DNA of 35,542 nucleotides from a virus (IMGVR_UViG_3300026534_000040:1-35542); one strand, 5' to 3'; shown: positions 1-8,232, counted from the stretch's first letter. A program made the numbers and translations. Notes: generated by a model from the letters alone, not told the origin.

Positions 1-109
1 TCAATTATTTAAAATAATACATATTATTTTTTTTAAGTTGAACCCCTATAATTTAATAAATATATTGAAATTCTAAAATTTTTAATTATTATTATTATTT
101 ATAATCACA

Positions 110-147
110 AAAACAAATTGACCAAAATTTTAAATCAAATTGACCAC
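110..147 (+). repeat. Two tandem end repeats (CAAATTGACCA, 22-bp period), putative transposase-binding sites
   Basis: CAAATTGACCA at 114-124 and 136-146; reverse-complement copy at 35300-35314. Confidence 0.8.
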
Positions 148-151
148 AAAT

Positions 152-182
152 CACGCCGTTTAAATGGTTTTTAAACGGCGTG
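152..182 (-). terminator. 13-bp perfect inverted repeat downstream of the modification cassette
   Basis: CACGCCGTTTAAA (152-164) pairs with TTTAAACGGCGTG (170-182). The U-tail is weak, so it could instead be an end-associated protein site. Confidence 0.55.
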
Positions 183-225
183 TAAATATACAAATTAATA
201 ACTTATCGGCGTTTTCATTTTTGGT

Positions 226-897
226 TTAATTGCTTCCATATTGTTCAATCATTAATAAATCAGGTTTATAAATATCTTTTACATCTGTTCCCGGTTCAAA
301 AGTAGATAGCTCTTGATCCTGCGGAACTTTTTTTATGATACCGGCACTAATATCATCAAGTGCCTGCCTCATCAACTCCAAGCCAAGCGGTAACAATTCC
401 AACCGCCAAAGCTCACGTGCGGCTTCTTTTGGATTCATAGCCCAATACTTTGGTTTGATAAATACGTGTCGTTGATAAGCAATATCGCCTCTGTCTATTC
501 CGGCATTAAGCCAATAAACAGTTCCTCCGGTAACCGGCTCCCGCATTTTTATTGCCCATTCAATTGCCGACCTGCCACGATGCAGTGGTAACAAGCTCGG
601 GTGATAACCAATCCAACCCAAACGAGCTTTATATCTTGTCTTACGTCCAACATAATCAAAAGAATGAGCCGTAATACCCAAATCCACATTAGCAGGAAAA
701 TTATCGCCATTAAGCGTCCCCGCCTCAATTATAGGCAACTCGTTAATTACAGCAAGCCTGCCTATATACTTATCATCAAGCGGGCAACTCACACCCACTA
801 CTTCAACTCTCGGATGTGCCAAGCACATAGCCAAAACATCCTCCCCGAACTTTTTTTGTCCGGAAATAAATACTCTCAATTTCTTATTTGTTTTCAT
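226..897 (-). CDS. Formyltransferase (Fmt/PurN-like N10-formyl-THF-dependent domain)
   Basis: Motifs YHPSLLPLHRGRSAIEWAI, TGGTVYW and GIDRGDI. At 223 aa it lacks the Fmt C-terminal tRNA-binding domain. Confidence 0.88.
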   Translation of the reverse strand: MKTNKKLRVFISGQKKFGEDVLAMCLAHPRVEVVGVSCPLDDKYIGRLAVINELPIIEAGTLNGDNFPANVDLGITAHSFDYVGRKTRYKARLGWIGYHPSLLPLHRGRSAIEWAIKMREPVTGGTVYWLNAGIDRGDIAYQRHVFIKPKYWAMNPKEAARELWRLELLPLGLELMRQALDDISAGIIKKVPQDQELSTFEPGTDVKDIYKPDLLMIEQYGSN

Positions 898-2011
898 AAT
901 TTTTTCCTAAATATTTAAAAGCCTGTATTGCCCGAAAGTGCCCGCCATAGCCTGTTCCATTCATCATTCCTTTCCCGGTTCTTTTGATGCTCTCCATACT
1001 TTTCTTTTTATTAGCGCCGTATAGTTGAGCATTTGTCTGCACCCAAAGTGGCGATTTTCGTAAATAATTAGCCAACTGCGGGTGCGAAGTATGAAAAAAC
1101 GTGTGAAACTTCTTTCCTTTACGTCCGTATCCGTCCAAATGATACTGCATAACTTCGTTAAGAAATTTAGTTCCCACACCCGCACCTTGCCACTCGGGCA
1201 TAACAACCAACCGTGATGCCCTATAAGCATTAGCCGTGAACAAAGGCATAACGGCAACGTGAGCTACAAGCTCGCCATCAACTGTTCCCACAAAGTATTC
1301 GGCAGCCGGCGGGTGCGGTAGGTCTAAATAATAATGCTCTTTAAAAAATCGCCAGTAACTTCCGTTTGTCTTCCAAATGTCGAGCTTGATAGTGGGACGT
1401 TGCCGGATTTTTTTTTTGAAGGACATTGTCCTTGTATCATAAGCCCAATTCGGTTGCAACCACTCTATAATATCATAATGAGGCGACAGCAGAACCGCCT
1501 TACCCTTACCTCGCTTCCAAGACTTTGAAAATGCCAAAGCGCCAATCTTGGCAATCTGCCTATCAACTACCGAAGTAAACTCATCAATTACCACTTCATC
1601 CGGTTGCTCAACTAATAATCTCGCAAGTCCCGCACGGAACTGCTGTCCGTTACTTAACGCCTTAAACGGGCGAAGCCAAGCCGGAACATCGCCCAGCCCG
1701 ACCGAAGCAAGCGCACCGGTTACCGCATTAAAATCGCCGTCCGGCGCAATTTCATCAACTATTGGCTTATCATCTGCCCATCCCTCGTATAAGTTTACAA
1801 TCTTATCATCACCGAAAAACAAACGCCCGATGCTCGTTTTTCCGCTTCCGGAAGGTCCCACAATAAGCCCTAATTTCCAGTCCAAATCCTCAACCGGAAG
1901 TTCTGCCGTATGCTCCCAATTACTGCCTGTCTCGGCATTAAACAAGCTCTTAACCCTGTTAGCACGGTAGCTGTCAAACTCTGCCGTGCTGTGCTTAACT
2001 TCTATTTTCAT
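884..2011 (-). CDS. ABC-type ATPase fused to Mom-like GNAT acyltransferase
   Basis: Walker A GPSGSGKT, signature LSNGQQFR, Walker B VVIDEF, H-loop SPHYD. The C-terminus has EHYYL and GNAT motif A RLVVMPEWQGAGVG. Located at the mom-equivalent position. Confidence 0.85.
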   Translation of the reverse strand: MKIEVKHSTAEFDSYRANRVKSLFNAETGSNWEHTAELPVEDLDWKLGLIVGPSGSGKTSIGRLFFGDDKIVNLYEGWADDKPIVDEIAPDGDFNAVTGALASVGLGDVPAWLRPFKALSNGQQFRAGLARLLVEQPDEVVIDEFTSVVDRQIAKIGALAFSKSWKRGKGKAVLLSPHYDIIEWLQPNWAYDTRTMSFKKKIRQRPTIKLDIWKTNGSYWRFFKEHYYLDLPHPPAAEYFVGTVDGELVAHVAVMPLFTANAYRASRLVVMPEWQGAGVGTKFLNEVMQYHLDGYGRKGKKFHTFFHTSHPQLANYLRKSPLWVQTNAQLYGANKKKSMESIKRTGKGMMNGTGYGGHFRAIQAFKYLGKNYENK

Positions 2012-2139
2012 ACGTTTACAATTTTTAGTTTATACCCTTTCTTTTTAAGCTCCTCAAAGATTTCTATTTGCTGTTTTTCGTTTTCACAAATCACAATAAC
2101 ACCATATTGCGGTTTGTATTTGTAAGTTTTTTTTGCCAT
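2008..2139 (-). CDS. 43-aa small protein MAKKTYKYKPQYGVIVICENEKQQIEIFEELKKKGYKLKIVNV (absent from ORF track)
   Basis: Hand translation. Its TGA overlaps the ATG of the ABC-GNAT gene (ATGA coupling) and the upstream region is A-rich. Confidence 0.75.
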   Translation of the reverse strand: MAKKTYKYKPQYGVIVICENEKQQIEIFEELKKKGYKLKIVNV

Positions 2140-2162
2140 ATCTTTATTTTTATTTAATTTTG
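2132..2162 (+). promoter_or_regulatory. Bacteroidota primary-sigma promoter, antisense to the late/modification transcript
   Basis: TTTG (2132-2135)-N19-TAATTTTG (2155-2162), consensus match. Confidence 0.7.
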
Positions 2163-2163
2163 T

Positions 2164-2285
2164 TTCGTTCCACCATTAATACAGAAAGCACCCGAACCGA
2201 AGATTTTGTCCTCGGCACTTGGGTGCTTTCTGCATTTCTTATTTTGGTGGAACGAAGTAAGGAAAGTGTCGGGGGCTTTTTTTTT
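2164..2285 (+). ncRNA. Putative structured small RNA with alternative folds ending in U9
   Basis: 12-bp stems 2164-2175/2245-2256 and 2182-2193/2221-2232; alternative 13-bp helix 2208-2220/2264-2276 (G-U pairs only on +) followed by T9. Confidence 0.6.
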
Positions 2286-2309
2286 AACCCCCTTTTAACT
2301 ATTTATAAA

Positions 2310-2633
2310 TTACAAATATCTTAAAAACCCAAACATTTTTCTTTTTTTAATATATTGTAAGTTATTTTCATTAGCATATGCTTCACGTTCAAAACTAATG
2401 TTGCGATACGCCATATCTGCATTATTATACTGAAATTTTCGTATAGCATATTCTATTATATACCAAAGAAAAAAAACAATCCAAAGAAGCTCTAATTGTT
2501 GTTTCAGATGAATTTTTTCGTGATTGATTAAAACTATATCATTTTTAAACTCCGGATTTTTTAGGATGATTAGCGGAAAAATAGTTAATGCATTTACATT
2601 TTTTCCTAATATCTTTGGAAATACTATTATCAT
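2310..2633 (-). CDS. Small membrane-associated protein with HExxH zincin-like motif
   Basis: INHEKIHLKQQ...hydrophobic stretch...NISFEREAY; AT-rich. Confidence 0.65.
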   Translation of the reverse strand: MIIVFPKILGKNVNALTIFPLIILKNPEFKNDIVLINHEKIHLKQQLELLWIVFFLWYIIEYAIRKFQYNNADMAYRNISFEREAYANENNLQYIKKRKMFGFLRYL

Positions 2634-2638
2634 ATTTA

Positions 2639-3481
2639 TTAAATATTTTTATAAACAACCCACTTAACTTTTAGCTTAACTTCATAGCCTGAATTTAAAG
2701 TGCCTTGATATCTTATATTAACAACTATTTTATAATCATCATTCACTTTGATTAGATGAGCGTTAACACTATGAATAGCAACTTGACCACTAATAATGTC
2801 AATGAAAGGAGAACAGTTATAATGAACGGGGTCATCTTGTAACCCAATATTAATATAAAAATGGTTTTGATGCTCATCTAAACCGCCGTCTTGAAACGTT
2901 GTTTCCCATTCTCCCTCATCAACTATTCTTATATACTTTTTGTTTGTCAATAAATTATTCAACCCCAAAGAAGTTACCGCCTTACTGTCATCCACACCCG
3001 CATCAACCTCCGTTTGCGTTGCTATCTCCACAATACCTGCGTCATCCTCGGTAGCCGGATTAACCTTTTCCGAAATATCAAACAGTCCCTTCATCCGCTT
3101 CATATCCGCAAACAAAAATCTATCAACGCCTTCATTAGCTCCGCCAAAGCGGGCATATCTCTTATAATAGGTAGGCAAGTCTGCCAATTGACTACTATTA
3201 GTCATATCCGTATTATAAGTAGCGCTATCGATATCCTCAATTATACAAACATAATCCTGGGACTGTCCGCCTTCAAATCGATAAAGCTCTTCTTTCCAAA
3301 CAAAAAAACCAGGGCTATAACCTGTTTGATGAGCTGTTATTCCATATATAATTACCGGAGTTGATGTATCAGTAACCTGTCCGGCAACTGCCTCCGCCAA
3401 TTCCTGAATCATCGTATTTAAAAATTTCCAACTTTCCGTAGTTCCCGGATAACCGGTACTTGCAATGTTTAGTTTATTCAT
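2639..3481 (-). CDS. Tail fibre / baseplate-attached fibre protein
   Basis: Follows baseplate J/I-like genes; tail-fibre repeat ATEDDAGIVEIATQTEVDAG; AT-rich variable C-terminus. Confidence 0.7.
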   Translation of the reverse strand: MNKLNIASTGYPGTTESWKFLNTMIQELAEAVAGQVTDTSTPVIIYGITAHQTGYSPGFFVWKEELYRFEGGQSQDYVCIIEDIDSATYNTDMTNSSQLADLPTYYKRYARFGGANEGVDRFLFADMKRMKGLFDISEKVNPATEDDAGIVEIATQTEVDAGVDDSKAVTSLGLNNLLTNKKYIRIVDEGEWETTFQDGGLDEHQNHFYINIGLQDDPVHYNCSPFIDIISGQVAIHSVNAHLIKVNDDYKIVVNIRYQGTLNSGYEVKLKVKWVVYKNI

Positions 3482-3492
3482 ATCTTATTTTT

Positions 3493-4008
3493 TTAATACC
3501 ATACCAATTTATATTCCTTGCTATACAACTTATAATAGTCTACATAATACCTAACCTGACGTTCCAGTTCCGTAACCGCCTCCGGTGTTCCCGGTTTGAT
3601 AGCGTTCGGCAATTTCACAACAAAATCCGTGTTGTTTTGATTATAATCCGCTTGGTCATAATGATACACCGGCGCTCCATCAGCCGTATCGTAATGATAC
3701 ACCGGCTTATTCTCCGCCGTATCATAATACCAAATCGGCTCGTAAACCTCGACATTCTCAATTACTATCCTTCTGTCTGTATTATCAAACTTGTCGTTAA
3801 GCACTTTTCGCAAATAAACAATCTGCGAGTTATGGCTCATTATATACAACTGTTCATTTCGGAAGTCTAAAAACGCATCGTAAATCTGTTCTACCGGCTT
3901 AATCAATACCCGAAGCCACTTCATCCGCACCGTAGTGCGTAGAAAAGTGGCAACGTTCCACTGAACCAGCCGACCAAAATCAATATTGAAAATATTAGCG
4001 TTAATCAT
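3493..4008 (-). CDS. Baseplate wedge protein (tail protein I-like)
   Basis: Synteny after J-like gene; QIVYLRKVLNDKFD and DFVVKLP...VDYYKL motifs. Confidence 0.65.
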   Translation of the reverse strand: MINANIFNIDFGRLVQWNVATFLRTTVRMKWLRVLIKPVEQIYDAFLDFRNEQLYIMSHNSQIVYLRKVLNDKFDNTDRRIVIENVEVYEPIWYYDTAENKPVYHYDTADGAPVYHYDQADYNQNNTDFVVKLPNAIKPGTPEAVTELERQVRYYVDYYKLYSKEYKLVWY

Positions 4009-4882
4009 TATAAGGTATATAGTTTATCACCGTATTAGCTTCATCAAGCACAATCCAACCCGCATCCGGATTGTAAAATTCTACACGCGTTCCGGTATTC
4101 ATATTATACAAATCACTATACACGCCACCATTAGGACGAGCCGCCGCATATTTCAATACCGGTAACTCAATTCCTTTAACCTTTTGTAGCGCATCAATCA
4201 AATGCGTAAGCGTAAGGCGTCCGTCAAAATCAATGCTTTTTAAATAGCTTTTAATCGCTGGTAAAACGGCGTTTCCGCTTCCGTCCAGATAATCTCCGGA
4301 AGCATCTATCAACTGCGGATCATAATAAATATCCAATTCCAACTTCAAATTATCCGGATCTCCGGAAGTAGCAAAAATATAAGTACCGGCGTCCGTTATA
4401 TCGTTCATATAATCCTTAAACGCATCAAGTTCTGTCTGTGCCAGCTTGGCAAGTTCTCCATTATTATCCTTGGCAACTTTAATTCGCAACACGCCGTGCC
4501 CGGAAACAACCACTTTTCTTACTGACGCAAATTTCACAATCTGCTTGCTCGTATCAATAACATCATACACATCACTATCATTCAGCGTATCACCAAACTG
4601 GAAAGCGAGTGCCTTCTCCCTATACCAACGCCTTGTATGTACCCGCGTTGCCGCAATACGCTCCTCAACTTCTTGCCTGAATTTATCAAATATCTTTTCC
4701 AAAGTCCAAATAGCTACGGCTTGAATCCAAACCCATAGCCGCCATTCACTAACTTTGGACGTGCTGTCCGGATTTTCCACTGCAATTTCTGGCTGTGTTA
4801 AAATATCAAGAGCGTTAAGCTCCTGCGCGTTTTGTTTTGCCGTTAATATTTCTTGCTGTATTTCGTTAATTGTTCTTGCCAT
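4001..4882 (-). CDS. Baseplate J-like wedge protein
   Basis: MARTINEIQ...HTRRWYREKALAFQFGD...DAGT pattern typical of Bacteroidota myophage baseplate J; synteny. Confidence 0.72.
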   Translation of the reverse strand: MARTINEIQQEILTAKQNAQELNALDILTQPEIAVENPDSTSKVSEWRLWVWIQAVAIWTLEKIFDKFRQEVEERIAATRVHTRRWYREKALAFQFGDTLNDSDVYDVIDTSKQIVKFASVRKVVVSGHGVLRIKVAKDNNGELAKLAQTELDAFKDYMNDITDAGTYIFATSGDPDNLKLELDIYYDPQLIDASGDYLDGSGNAVLPAIKSYLKSIDFDGRLTLTHLIDALQKVKGIELPVLKYAAARPNGGVYSDLYNMNTGTRVEFYNPDAGWIVLDEANTVINYIPYND

Positions 4883-4886
4883 AATG

Positions 4887-5279
4887 TCATTTTAAACTTG
4901 CTCTACAATGTCCGCCCTTAAACCAAGCAGACACGTCTATTATATATAATAACATATAAATAAACCAACCAAACCAAGTAAGTCCTCCCCTTATATAAGA
5001 GTTCCTGCCTATCATTTGGCTAATTGTATTATTCATTTTTCTTGTAAACTTTTCTCCGTTTTTTCCGACTAATAAGAAGTTCCATAAACTGCGATTATCA
5101 CGTGCAGAGCGATAGTCAGCTTCAAGTCCTTTGCCGTCAAAATAATTAATAGCTTGCCACTTATACTTAACCGAAACAACTACAAGCGTTAAAAACTCAA
5201 TTATCGGAGTTAAGCACCAGCTTATTAGCCATAGTATAAATTGCAATATAAAATGTGTTATTTGTTTAACTGCTTTCAT
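4887..5279 (-). CDS. Hypothetical membrane protein
   Basis: Two hydrophobic segments, TISQMIG...GHC; part of the AT-rich cassette. Confidence 0.6.
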   Translation of the reverse strand: MKAVKQITHFILQFILWLISWCLTPIIEFLTLVVVSVKYKWQAINYFDGKGLEADYRSARDNRSLWNFLLVGKNGEKFTRKMNNTISQMIGRNSYIRGGLTWFGWFIYMLLYIIDVSAWFKGGHCRASLK

Positions 5280-5282
5280 AGT

Positions 5283-5813
5283 TTAATGTGGATATTCAGT
5301 TTGGTAATACTCTACTGCCTTTTGTCCTACTTGATTAAATAAGTCTATAACCTCCTGTATTGTGGGGTTATTTTCGTTATCCATATAATCAATCACGGCA
5401 AGTGGCCAGTCTCCCTCTTTAATCTTATTAAGCAGAGGATACACTGTCTTGTTTATTTCGGACATTATATTTATTGCGTTTGTTTTACCTACCAAAGATA
5501 AAGTTATCTGGTTTTTGATTTCATCATAGTAAGTTTGCCCATCCTGTTTCCACTTTTCATTTAGAGCATTTATTTGTTCTAATTGTTTTTGTTGCTCTTT
5601 TTGCTCAATTTCTTGTTGGCTTAAATCAATCACATCATAGGTGGCAACATTGCCCACAATATGCAAGTTTTCTAACTTTTGTGTATTTTCATCAAAAGGT
5701 AGAATAACAACTCTATAATACCCCTTACTTGCAAGTGTTTTATTACTTGCGTTATTATAATTGATTATTCCCTTAGGAACTACAAACTCTAATTTATCAT
5801 TTACATATCTCAT
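5283..5813 (-). CDS. Hypothetical protein, possible fibre-assembly chaperone
   Basis: Coupled to the LamG gene (ATGA overlap); function inferred from position only. Confidence 0.5.
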   Translation of the reverse strand: MRYVNDKLEFVVPKGIINYNNASNKTLASKGYYRVVILPFDENTQKLENLHIVGNVATYDVIDLSQQEIEQKEQQKQLEQINALNEKWKQDGQTYYDEIKNQITLSLVGKTNAINIMSEINKTVYPLLNKIKEGDWPLAVIDYMDNENNPTIQEVIDLFNQVGQKAVEYYQTEYPH

Positions 5814-6520
5814 TTCAGGAAATTGTTTTGTTGTTTGTTGTATAATTTCATCACTTCGTTAGCTGACAATTCTTTATCAAATATGGCAACCATTTGTATA
5901 TAGCCATCTAAGTTTAAACCGGAAGTCCATCTCGGATTCCCAATAGTTACTTTTGCCGATGTTAGATGCATAGATACATAGCTCCCTTTTAAATATTTTG
6001 AAGCTGTTACTAAAACCCCATTAATATAAATATTAAGCCCATTTTTATTACCACTACCATCGTAAGTAATGGTTATATGTGTCCATTTATAATTATAATC
6101 CGTGTAGTTTGTTTTAGCATAAATGTAATTATATTTTTTATAAAACAAATAAGAACTAAGATAATTATTATATATAACTATCTCCCATTCTTTATTACCG
6201 CCAGCGCTATCTATTTTTTGCAAAAAAAATGCATGTTTATATCTATTGTATAACCACATAGAAGTAGAGAATGGTTTATCATTGTTCCCATCCGTGAAAG
6301 AGAAAACAGGATTATTTGGTATTTCTATTTTTCTATCATTAGTTCTAACAAATTCAGCAGCCTGACCAACGACACCATTACCATATGTTATTCCTTGAAC
6401 AATATCAGGATTATAGTTATTACCACTGTAATCTAGCGCATCACCATCTAATCTGTAATAAGCAACTAAATTCTTAACAAGTTGGTTTGGTATGACTTTA
6501 TTTATCGCTCCTAATCCCAT
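5810..6520 (-). CDS. LamG/concanavalin-A-like domain protein, probable receptor-binding or adhesion protein
   Basis: LVAYYRLDGDALDYSGN, WTHITITYDGS, IYING, LDGYIQMVAIFDKELSANEVMKLY. Confidence 0.85.
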   Translation of the reverse strand: MGLGAINKVIPNQLVKNLVAYYRLDGDALDYSGNNYNPDIVQGITYGNGVVGQAAEFVRTNDRKIEIPNNPVFSFTDGNNDKPFSTSMWLYNRYKHAFFLQKIDSAGGNKEWEIVIYNNYLSSYLFYKKYNYIYAKTNYTDYNYKWTHITITYDGSGNKNGLNIYINGVLVTASKYLKGSYVSMHLTSAKVTIGNPRWTSGLNLDGYIQMVAIFDKELSANEVMKLYNKQQNNFLK

Positions 6521-6987
6521 TATTGTAAACTTATTAAATTAATCTGTAAACTTCCATCCACCTTACTTATTTCTGCTACAATAATATTCCAACTATTACC
6601 ATTATAAGATATGTTATCCGTAATTACAGGCACACTATTCTCTGCTGTAAATGTCAAGGCAAAATTCCCTTTGATATACAATTTCACCTGCTTGTTTTCT
6701 TGCAGGTTTTTAAAATTTATTGTAGTATCAGCGGTTAATTCTGTTAATTGAAAAGCTACTGCTTTGTTCATTTCAATGTCTGCAACGTTATTAGTTATCG
6801 TTGCGTTTACTGTGGACTTTAATTCAGGCTTTAAATCATTATAGCCTGTGAAACCTACTCCCATTTTAATCCCTATCCCATTGGAGTCGGTTTGCCAAAT
6901 TTCACCAGTATTTCGGACGAAATAAATAGCATTAGCTTCTAACTGTGTGGGAAGCTCATTAACTTGAATATGTTTAACTTTCGCCAT
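6520..6987 (-). CDS. Hypothetical virion/tail appendage protein
   Basis: Beta-rich ORF coupled to the LamG gene; N-terminal ELPTQLEANAIYFV motif. Confidence 0.5.
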   Translation of the reverse strand: MAKVKHIQVNELPTQLEANAIYFVRNTGEIWQTDSNGIGIKMGVGFTGYNDLKPELKSTVNATITNNVADIEMNKAVAFQLTELTADTTINFKNLQENKQVKLYIKGNFALTFTAENSVPVITDNISYNGNSWNIIVAEISKVDGSLQINLISLQ

Positions 6988-6991
6988 AACC

Positions 6992-7285
6992 TTAATTACT
7001 AATTATTATCCACTCACAATCACCGCCACTCGGCACAGGAACTTCCGTATCAATTACGCCAGTGCTACCGGTTGCCGGATGTATATTGTTCTTCCTATAA
7101 TACGCCACAATCTCCGGCACCACAAAATCACTCTCCGGAACAATCAATTCCTGCCCGGCGTTCAGTTCATCCGTAATTCCCAAGCCGTTTGCCATTGCCA
7201 AGTCAAACACTGCCTCAACCGTGCCGTATTCCTGTATGGCAATGTCAAATAATGACTGGTTATTTAAAACTTTTACTTTTTTCAT
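6992..7285 (-). CDS. LysM-like baseplate protein (tail X-like)
   Basis: QSLFDIAIQEYGTVEAVFDLAMANG...LNAGQELIVP. Confidence 0.75.
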   Translation of the reverse strand: MKKVKVLNNQSLFDIAIQEYGTVEAVFDLAMANGLGITDELNAGQELIVPESDFVVPEIVAYYRKNNIHPATGSTGVIDTEVPVPSGGDCEWIIISN

Positions 7286-7746
7286 TTGCTACGTTCTTCC
7301 AGTTCTTTTTCCAATTCTCTAATTCTACCTTGTAAAGTTTTTAGGCGTTTGTCAAAGCTCTCTTTTAACTTTTCAATTTTGTCTTTATACGTTTGCTCCA
7401 ACTCGGCAATTTTTTTTTGATAGCTATCCTCCATTAACTTATATCTGTCCTCTAATAGCTTTATCTTATTTTCATAATATTTTTTAATATCCGATATCGT
7501 TTCATTATATCGCTTTTTAAGATCGTCCAGCGCCTCTTGGTAAAGATCCATAATAGCATTTTCCTTTTCAACTTTGGCTTTATCATTAGCTATTTTTAGC
7601 GATTTATTCTCTTCCATCAATCGCTCGATATTTGCTTTGTTCTTCTTTCGTTCCCTGAAATAAGCAATAAGTCCTCCCGTCCCGAACAGCAGTTCAAACC
7701 AGTGCTCTTGAATAGCTTGTAGCAAATAAGTGTATAAGTCTTTCAT
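7282..7746 (-). CDS. Membrane-anchored coiled-coil protein (holin-like candidate)
   Basis: N-terminal hydrophobic segment followed by RERKK and a long heptad coiled coil. Confidence 0.5.
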   Translation of the reverse strand: MKDLYTYLLQAIQEHWFELLFGTGGLIAYFRERKKNKANIERLMEENKSLKIANDKAKVEKENAIMDLYQEALDDLKKRYNETISDIKKYYENKIKLLEDRYKLMEDSYQKKIAELEQTYKDKIEKLKESFDKRLKTLQGRIRELEKELEERSK

Positions 7747-8012
7747 ATTATCTTAATGTATTGTTTTAGCTTATCAAAATTCTTATTATCTCGTTCCAAG
7801 TGCAATTTTGCCATTTGGCGAATCAACTCGTTATCTTTTTTCCCTTTTATCATTCGTATCAATCCGGGACCTAATACCGGATCTTCTTTCAACTCACCGG
7901 CATTCAGCCGTAAGATGATACCAACTTCTTGCTGAATACTTTCGCCGATAACAAAATCGCCGTTTTGTATCATCAAATCATCTTCTGCCGTATGTAATAT
8001 ATCCAAGCTCAT
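7743..8012 (-). CDS. Baseplate wedge/sheath initiator (gp25/W-like)
   Basis: DLMIQNGDFVIGES...GELKEDPVLG; synteny. Confidence 0.65.
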   Translation of the reverse strand: MSLDILHTAEDDLMIQNGDFVIGESIQQEVGIILRLNAGELKEDPVLGPGLIRMIKGKKDNELIRQMAKLHLERDNKNFDKLKQYIKII

Positions 8013-8013
8013 A

Positions 8014-8232
8014 TCAACTCAATGTTCCGGTTCCTGTTCCTGTTACCGCTCCGCCGCTTTGGCTCGCTCCGGTTACCGTCGTTGTTACCGTTGCTGATTT
8101 TATATAATTATCTATTGCCGTGGACAATCTGTCGGCAAATTGATCAATCGCATTCGCTTGATCCGTTTCATCTTTTAGCGTATTTAAAATCGCTAAAATC
8201 TCTGCCTTTAATGTTTGCTTAACTAATGCCAT
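8014..8232 (-). CDS. Small baseplate/spike-associated protein
   Basis: Directly follows the spike gene; Thr/Gly-rich C-terminus. Confidence 0.5.
   Translation of the reverse strand: MALVKQTLKAEILAILNTLKDETDQANAIDQFADRLSTAIDNYIKSATVTTTVTGASQSGGAVTGTGTGTLS

Noticed and set aside
1-99. AT-rich flanks (also 35416-35542) as host genes or promoters
   Set aside because: Too short and low in complexity to support any call.
226-897. Housekeeping fmt or purN
   Set aside because: It lacks the Fmt C-terminal domain and lies inside the phage end repeats, overlapping the GNAT gene, so no symbol was assigned.
601-1970. Plus-strand ORFs 601-918, 1334-1528 and 1548-1970, and similar antisense ORFs throughout the track
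   Set aside because: Shadows of well-supported genes on the opposite strand, with no motifs.
884-2011. ABC transporter ATP-binding subunit
   Set aside because: No permease or binding-protein gene nearby; fused to a GNAT domain.
2133-2324. 63-aa plus-strand ORF over the hairpin region
   Set aside because: Its TTG start lies within the predicted promoter, upstream of the transcript start; RNA structure explains the region better.
3640-3735. Three short repeats (WYYDTAE/YHYDTAD/YHYDQAD) as a CRISPR-like array
   Set aside because: They are degenerate in-frame peptide repeats within the baseplate gene, with no spacer structure or cas genes.
2639-6987. Invertible G-segment or diversity-generating retroelement for the tail fibre
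   Set aside because: No invertase or reverse transcriptase ORF, and no long inverted or TR/VR repeat pair noticed by eye.
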